Positions 52,380 through 57,583 of a stretch of 57,583 nt of DNA are shown here, piece by piece. Location of the stretch: positions 1 through 57,583 of the forward strand of contig CALFCG010000071.1 in the NCBI GenBank assembly GCA_937951315.1. Reading direction: 5' to 3'. Position 1 is the first letter of the stretch. Each line of letters begins with the position of its first letter. Position numbers and translations under genes: made by a program. Under the pieces are notes generated by a model. It ran no database searches, was not told where the DNA came from, and saw only the letters and a list, made by a program, of their open reading frames with translations. The stretch comes from an uncultured cyanobacterium (GTDB lineage: Bacteria > Cyanobacteriota > Cyanobacteriia > Thermosynechococcales > Thermosynechococcaceae).

Positions 52380-53120
52380 TTATAAAATCTGGGCAAGAAA
52401 CTGCTGACTCCGCTCTGCTTGGGGATGATTAAAAAAGGTCTGCGGTTCGGCAACTTCCACAATCTCACCCTGATCCATCAAAATGATCCGGTTTGCCACT
52501 TCACGGGCAAACCCCACTTCATGAGTGACAACGACCATTGTCATCCCCGATTCCGCTAAAGAACGCATCACATCTAGCACTTCTTTAATCATTTCAGGGT
52601 CTAGAGCAGAGGTGGGTTCGTCGAACAGCATGATTTTGGGTTGCATGGCTAGGGCACGTGCGATCGCAACTCTTTGCTGCTGTCCCCCCGAAAGCTGTCC
52701 GGGAAATTTTTTTGCCTGCTCTAAAATCCCCACCCGCTCTAAGAGCTGCATCGCCGTCTCCTCAGCCTGGGTTCGCGGCAGCTTACGCACCCAAATCGGC
52801 GCCAGCGTAATGTTCTGCAGCACCGTCAAATGAGGAAAGAGATTAAATTGCTGAAACACCATGCCGACTTCACGGCGAATGGCATCAACATTACGTGTAT
52901 CTGCCGATAGTTCGATACCATCTACCTCAATCCGCCCCTGCTGGTAGTCTTCTAAGGCATTGAGCGTCCGAATGAAAGTGGACTTTCCTGAACCCGACGG
53001 CCCCATGAGCACCACAACTTCTTGGCGTTCCACAGCAATACTGACTCCTCTAAGGGCGTGGAATTTTCCATACCACTTATGAATATCTTCGGCGACAATA
53101 ATCGGTTTTTGCTGGGTCAT
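52380..53120 (-). CDS. Polar amino-acid ABC transporter ATPase
   Basis: [26 protein letters not shown]; start ATG 53120. Confidence 0.95.
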   Translation of the reverse strand: MTQQKPIIVAEDIHKWYGKFHALRGVSIAVERQEVVVLMGPSGSGKSTFIRTLNALEDYQQGRIEVDGIELSADTRNVDAIRREVGMVFQQFNLFPHLTVLQNITLAPIWVRKLPRTQAEETAMQLLERVGILEQAKKFPGQLSGGQQQRVAIARALAMQPKIMLFDEPTSALDPEMIKEVLDVMRSLAESGMTMVVVTHEVGFAREVANRIILMDQGEIVEVAEPQTFFNHPQAERSQQFLAQIL

Positions 53121-53188
53121 TAGATAGAGGCTCGCTGGAAAATCAACCGTGATGTAATCATGGTCTCCGTAGCAAGTATCGCGCAAAC

Positions 53189-54082
53189 ATGTCTAGACTG
53201 CTGATTCTCACTCTATTGTTGCTCGGATTAATGATCGCACCGGCCCAGGCTGAATCAGCTTCGAATCAACTGATTCAGCCCTTCACCCTGCTTGGGGATA
53301 ACGTGAGTGTGCTCGTTCAACAAGAGAACAAAGACCTTGCAACTCTTCATGCCGATACTCCCTTAGCCGTTGCTTCTACTTTCAAGCTGTCGGTGTTAGC
53401 CGTTCTACAACAACAGATCGCAGCCGGGAAGCATCGCTGGAAGGACGTTATCCCTCTCCAACCCCAGGCAAAAAGCCTACCTAGTGGCATCCTGCAAGAA
53501 TGGCCCGATCAGACCCCCATAACCCTGCAGACGCTAGCAACCTTGATGATTTCAATCAGCGACAATACCGCCGCCGATCAACTGATACAGCTTCTAGGAT
53601 CAGAGGAGCTGCACCGGAGCACAAACAAGCTTCTGCTAACAACGCGGCAAGCCTTCACTCTCAAAAATCCGGCGAATCAAGCCTTACTAGACACCTATCG
53701 CCAAGCTGATAATCGCCTGGCTCTACTCCCCCAGATTGACGCCGCTCCACTGCCCAAAGTCGAGTTGGTGGACACAGTCCCCTTGGCCACCGATATCGAA
53801 TGGTTTTTCAGCACACGGGAACTCTGTGGATATATGGAGAAAGTCTCGGATTTACCGTTAATGCAAATCAATACAGGCATCATTGACCCGACCCCCTGGC
53901 GGCAGGTGGCCTTCAAGGGGGGCTCTGAACCCGGCGTTCTCAACCTAACGACAGCCCTGATCTCACCCATGGGACAGCATTACTGTGTTTCTGCCACATG
54001 GAACGATGATCAGCCTCTCAACGAGTATGCCTTTTTTCAAGCCTATGGTGATTTAATTGAGGCCCTTAGCACTGCTGCGTAA
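53189..54082 (+). CDS. Exported class A beta-lactamase-like serine hydrolase
   Basis: STFK, SDN and KGG motifs; signal peptide. Confidence 0.9.
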   Translation: MSRLLILTLLLLGLMIAPAQAESASNQLIQPFTLLGDNVSVLVQQENKDLATLHADTPLAVASTFKLSVLAVLQQQIAAGKHRWKDVIPLQPQAKSLPSGILQEWPDQTPITLQTLATLMISISDNTAADQLIQLLGSEELHRSTNKLLLTTRQAFTLKNPANQALLDTYRQADNRLALLPQIDAAPLPKVELVDTVPLATDIEWFFSTRELCGYMEKVSDLPLMQINTGIIDPTPWRQVAFKGGSEPGVLNLTTALISPMGQHYCVSATWNDDQPLNEYAFFQAYGDLIEALSTAA

Positions 54083-54971
54083 TCCATCGATCGAGGGCTG
54101 AATTCACCAGTTCTGGCCGTTCGTCATGGGGGCAATGCCCTGCATCCACTAATTCTAAATCTGCGGCAGGATAATACTCGCGAAACGTTTCGGTTTTAGC
54201 AGGTGTCATCCAAGGGTCGGCAGCCCCCCATAACAAAAAGAGAGGACGATCTAAGTCTTGCAGCAAAACATCCAGCGTCCGACCTGGGGGGGATTTAAAT
54301 ACGGCAGAGAAAACCTGCAATGCGCCCTTATCAAAAGAGGGGCGGCGAATATCTTCAACCAGCTGATCTGTAATAGCCGTTTTATCTTTGTAGACCTGCC
54401 CTAAAACTTTGCGGATTTGCGATCTGCGCCTCGCATTAAAAAACAGAAACAAACTCATCGTATCGATCACGAGCCCCGAGCGCAGCACCTTTTTCCGCAA
54501 AGCTCCAATCCGTTTCTTCCAGGCAGATTGGGGAACTTCTGGAACCGTAAATCGCCCCGCACAGTTCAGCAGAATGACACCACGGACCCATTCTGGACAA
54601 TCCACGGCGAAGCAGAGGGAAGCATATCCCCCTAGAGAGTTACCGGCAATAAAAACCGGCTCTTGAATCACCTCTTCACAGAAAGCCTTAAACTGATCGC
54701 GCCAGAGTTCGCCCGTGTAGAGTGTGTTGGGCTTTTGCGACCGGCCAAACCCCAGCAGATCAATGGCCCAAACCCGATAGTTTTGCGATAGAACCTCGAT
54801 ATTCTTGCGCCAGTGATCGGTGGACGCCCCGAAGCCATGAATCAAAACGAGGCAGGGTCCCTGCTCTCCTTTTTGCACGTAATGGATGCGCCAATCTCGC
54901 CAACTCCAATAGGTTTGATCAGACGATTGAGGGGGGGTAATAGTAGCAGTCACGGTGCGATCCTTACGCAA
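54066..54971 (-). CDS. Alpha/beta-fold hydrolase
   Basis: HGFG, GNSLG, GHCPHDE; start may be GTG 54953. Confidence 0.93.
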   Translation of the reverse strand: MRKDRTVTATITPPQSSDQTYWSWRDWRIHYVQKGEQGPCLVLIHGFGASTDHWRKNIEVLSQNYRVWAIDLLGFGRSQKPNTLYTGELWRDQFKAFCEEVIQEPVFIAGNSLGGYASLCFAVDCPEWVRGVILLNCAGRFTVPEVPQSAWKKRIGALRKKVLRSGLVIDTMSLFLFFNARRRSQIRKVLGQVYKDKTAITDQLVEDIRRPSFDKGALQVFSAVFKSPPGRTLDVLLQDLDRPLFLLWGAADPWMTPAKTETFREYYPAADLELVDAGHCPHDERPELVNSALDRWITQQC

Positions 54972-55027
54972 GGGTGTCCTCTTTTATGGATACAACATCT
55001 CAAGGTATTTTTCAGTGATAAGGACAG

Positions 55028-55049
55028 CATTAGATCGGCCGATCTAATG
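55028..55049. repeat. Perfect 22-bp palindrome
   Basis: CATTAGATCGGCCGATCTAATG equals its own reverse complement. Confidence 0.9.
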
Positions 55050-55434
55050 GGCCGAGGTGACGGCAAAGGCTAAAAAAAATGTTCTCTAGCGGTTACGTGA
55101 AACTTTGATTTCGAGTTTTTTGAGGACACTTTTTGGCTGGAGAGACGTCATTTCAATCAGTCCGATCTCTAGAGACAATCACAGTAGGCAAGGGGGTCCT
55201 GTCAGATATCTACAATGAACAAGTTATTGATCCCCTCTACCTTTAAAAACAGTCAATTTAACCGTAAATACCGTATTTCGAAGGCGGGGATCACACCATT
55301 ACTAGATCAGCCAGACATGATACAAAAGACTTAGAAGCCAGGATACTGAAGGCAAAACCCGCTCATGAGAGGCTATACTTACCTCTAAGTAAAGGGGGAA
55401 ATCTAACGTTGACAGATCAAGCAAGTGAGGTGCA

Positions 55435-55737
55435 ATGATGCTCTCTCCGGATGAATTAATTGGACAAAAAGTTTGGCTTAAGGTTGAGCGGGATATCGAT
55501 TACCCCGACCTCAACCCCTATCGAGTCAAAGCAGTCCTCACACAGCCAACGTCTCCTCCGTGGTTTTTTGCCCGGTATGAAGAGGCACCACCTCGGCTCA
55601 GAGAGCCTGGGAAGTGGCTATCACTCTTTGAAGCTCAGCAGGCCGTTCTCACCGATCCCGTGATCGAGTATGACGATCTTGATGATGACTACGACGATGA
55701 AGTTTCCCACGAATTAGATTTAAAAAAGTTGCCCTAA
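55435..55737 (+). CDS. Hypothetical protein with acidic tail
   Basis: GAGGTG SD, protein-like composition. Confidence 0.65.
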   Translation: MMLSPDELIGQKVWLKVERDIDYPDLNPYRVKAVLTQPTSPPWFFARYEEAPPRLREPGKWLSLFEAQQAVLTDPVIEYDDLDDDYDDEVSHELDLKKLP

Positions 55738-56086
55738 TCAGCACCCCTCTAGCGAAGGTTCTACCCTCAATATTCAAGTCCCAATAGACAGGGACCCACC
55801 ACGCCATGTTCAAAACTGAACGCCATCGATCATGGAAGGTCACTCGTGTCTGAAGAAAAAAAGTCAGTGACCTGAGTTGCAATGAGAGCGATCGAACCAC
55901 GCCACTGAAATTCGCGATTTCTCGTTGACAACAATCATCACCCTATAGCCTCGAATTTTAGCGAGGACTTTGAGGATATTTTTAGGGAAGAGGGATCAGT
56001 CTTTATAACCATTAACGCTGTTCGCCTCGCACTGCAGCGCAATCGGGGTATAGTCTGTACTGCGGACTTAATATCGGAGAATTGAA

Positions 56087-56401
56087 ATGCCAGCCGCTGT
56101 TGGAATGATTGAGACCTATGGTTATCCTGCTGTTTTGGTGGCAGCCGATGCCATGGTAAAGGCTGGGCGAGTCACGCTGGCTAAATATGAAAGCTGTGCC
56201 AGTGGTCGGTATCTCATTTCGATTCGTGGTCCGGTCTCTGAAGTCAAAATGGCGATGGAAGCTGGCATTGCAGCAGCAGAAAAGCTTCCAGAAGCGGCAA
56301 AAGTGGAAGCCTACACCATTATTCCAAACCCCACTGAGAATATTGAAGCGGTTTTGCCCATTAACTATACAGAAGAGGCAGAGCCCTATCGGGTGATATA
56401 A
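56087..56401 (+). CDS. ccmK3: Carboxysome shell protein CcmK3
   Basis: BMC-H motif AADAMVKAGRV; divergent pore; first gene of K3-K4 pair. Confidence 0.88.
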   Translation: MPAAVGMIETYGYPAVLVAADAMVKAGRVTLAKYESCASGRYLISIRGPVSEVKMAMEAGIAAAEKLPEAAKVEAYTIIPNPTENIEAVLPINYTEEAEPYRVI

Positions 56402-56518
56402 GGGGCGATACGGCCTATATCTGAGGTCGCTATCGAAACAGTGTTTTTTTGAGGCTCTGGCCGCGTAGAATGGTCGGGGAGCTGATAATTCAGACGATTA
56501 CTTTTAGGAGTTACAGGA

Positions 56519-56869
56519 ATGCCGCAGGCCGTTGGTTCACTTGAGACAAAAGGTTTTCCCCCAGTGTTGGCTGCTGCCGATGCCATGGTGAAGGCCGGAC
56601 GAGTGACGCTGGTAAGCTATGTTCGAGCCGGAAGCGCTCGATTCACGATCAACATTCGGGGTGATGTTCAAGAAGTCAAAATGGCGATGGAAGCTGGGGT
56701 TGAAGCTGCCAAGAAAACACCAGGTGGTGTCTTAGAAACTTGGGTTGTGATTCCGCGGCCCCATGAGAATGTCGAAGCTGTGATGGATATTCACTACACC
56801 GAAGAGGTGGAAGATTTCCGGCAAGCGGTCAATGGGTATAGTGCCCTACCTCCAGGCCGTAAAGCTTAA
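56519..56869 (+). CDS. ccmK4: Carboxysome shell protein CcmK4
   Basis: ETKGFP, RAGSARF pore, IPRPHENV. Confidence 0.92.
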   Translation: MPQAVGSLETKGFPPVLAAADAMVKAGRVTLVSYVRAGSARFTINIRGDVQEVKMAMEAGVEAAKKTPGGVLETWVVIPRPHENVEAVMDIHYTEEVEDFRQAVNGYSALPPGRKA

Positions 56870-56881
56870 GGGACCCTCTCT

Positions 56882-57583
56882 ATGCCCGATCAGTTACCGC
56901 CGAATCAGTCACCAGAGTCTCCTGAGAAAAATCCTGAGCTGGAAGCTCTCCTTCTCTCTCTGCGTCGCAAAGAAGGCACATGGGTAGAGTGGGGACAGGC
57001 ATGCCAACGGCTTCAAAAGGGGGGGTACAAGCCCCAAGCCATCTTTGAAGCCACGGGCTTTGAACCCATCCATCAGAATCAGATTATTGTGGGTGCCCAA
57101 GTCTATCAGACCTTGCTTGAGGTTCCGGCCTCTGATGCGGTGGTTCGCTACTTTGGCGAGCGAGGGAGTGACTGTCTCTATGAGTTTCGGATCTTGAGCC
57201 CAAACGCTCGCGTGGAAGCGGCAACGCTGACCCTGGAGAAGAAACTCGATGCAGATGATGCTCGCGCGGCGGCGAAGGCGGTGAAGGATTTTGCCCTGGT
57301 GCGTCAGCCACCGGAGGCATTTACAAAAAATCCTGGGGATGCAGTGGCTTACCAGTGCTGGCGAGTCGCGCGTCTGGAAAATGATTTACAGGTGCGATCA
57401 CGCTTAATCGCCCGCGGTTTGAAATTCGCCTACAGCGACACGGCTCGTAAAGCCATTGAGCAACTTCTGACGGACTTTACCGTGACGCAGGAGCTACAGG
57501 CTGCGCCTCTGCCGGTTTACCGCTTGGAATCGGAAACTGAAATGCCTCGGATCTTACCTTTGCTCGGTCCGCTGCCGCTGCCT
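56882..57583 (+). CDS. raf1: Rubisco accumulation factor 1; truncated by window edge
   Basis: Manual translation: LRRKEGTWVEWGQAC...FEATGFEPIHQNQIIVGAQVY...PGDAVAY. Not in ORF track. Confidence 0.92.
   Translation, partial: MPDQLPPNQSPESPEKNPELEALLLSLRRKEGTWVEWGQACQRLQKGGYKPQAIFEATGFEPIHQNQIIVGAQVYQTLLEVPASDAVVRYFGERGSDCLYEFRILSPNARVEAATLTLEKKLDADDARAAAKAVKDFALVRQPPEAFTKNPGDAVAYQCWRVARLENDLQVRSRLIARGLKFAYSDTARKAIEQLLTDFTVTQELQAAPLPVYRLESETEMPRILPLLGPLPLP

Overview
This is a mostly housekeeping chromosomal segment of a cyanobacterium (abundant HIP1 GCGATCGC, beta-carboxysome ccmK3/ccmK4, raf1, prk, chlI, SLH-porin). About 54 CDSs are supported, including folC, gloA, eno, leuB, rfbC, comM, priA, folB, prk, sds, lepB and chlI. 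Signalling genes include a Ser/Thr kinase, an FHA protein, a PPP phosphatase, an adenylate cyclase, a ComFB protein, a REC-HK-REC/PAS/GGDEF/EAL operon and a PatA-like pseudo-receiver. I saw no rRNA, tRNA, CRISPR array, prophage or transposase. Items missing from the ORF track that I read from the sequence: a 104-bp MITE with 15-bp TIRs and a 5-bp TSD next to leuB, three small ORFs (26, 55 and 57 aa), the edge genes (kinase, raf1), a perfect 22-bp palindrome, and candidate CRP, NtcA and RpaB boxes. I cannot demonstrate a new multi-gene system. The best leads are a double-Nif11 protein without a core peptide coupled to priA, an orphan PGM1-like ATP-grasp ligase with a divergent Zn-ribbon microprotein, the ferredoxin/microprotein/DUF3326 operon, and a TPR-CHAT protease beside a cyclase. 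All family calls come from motif recognition, not database searches.
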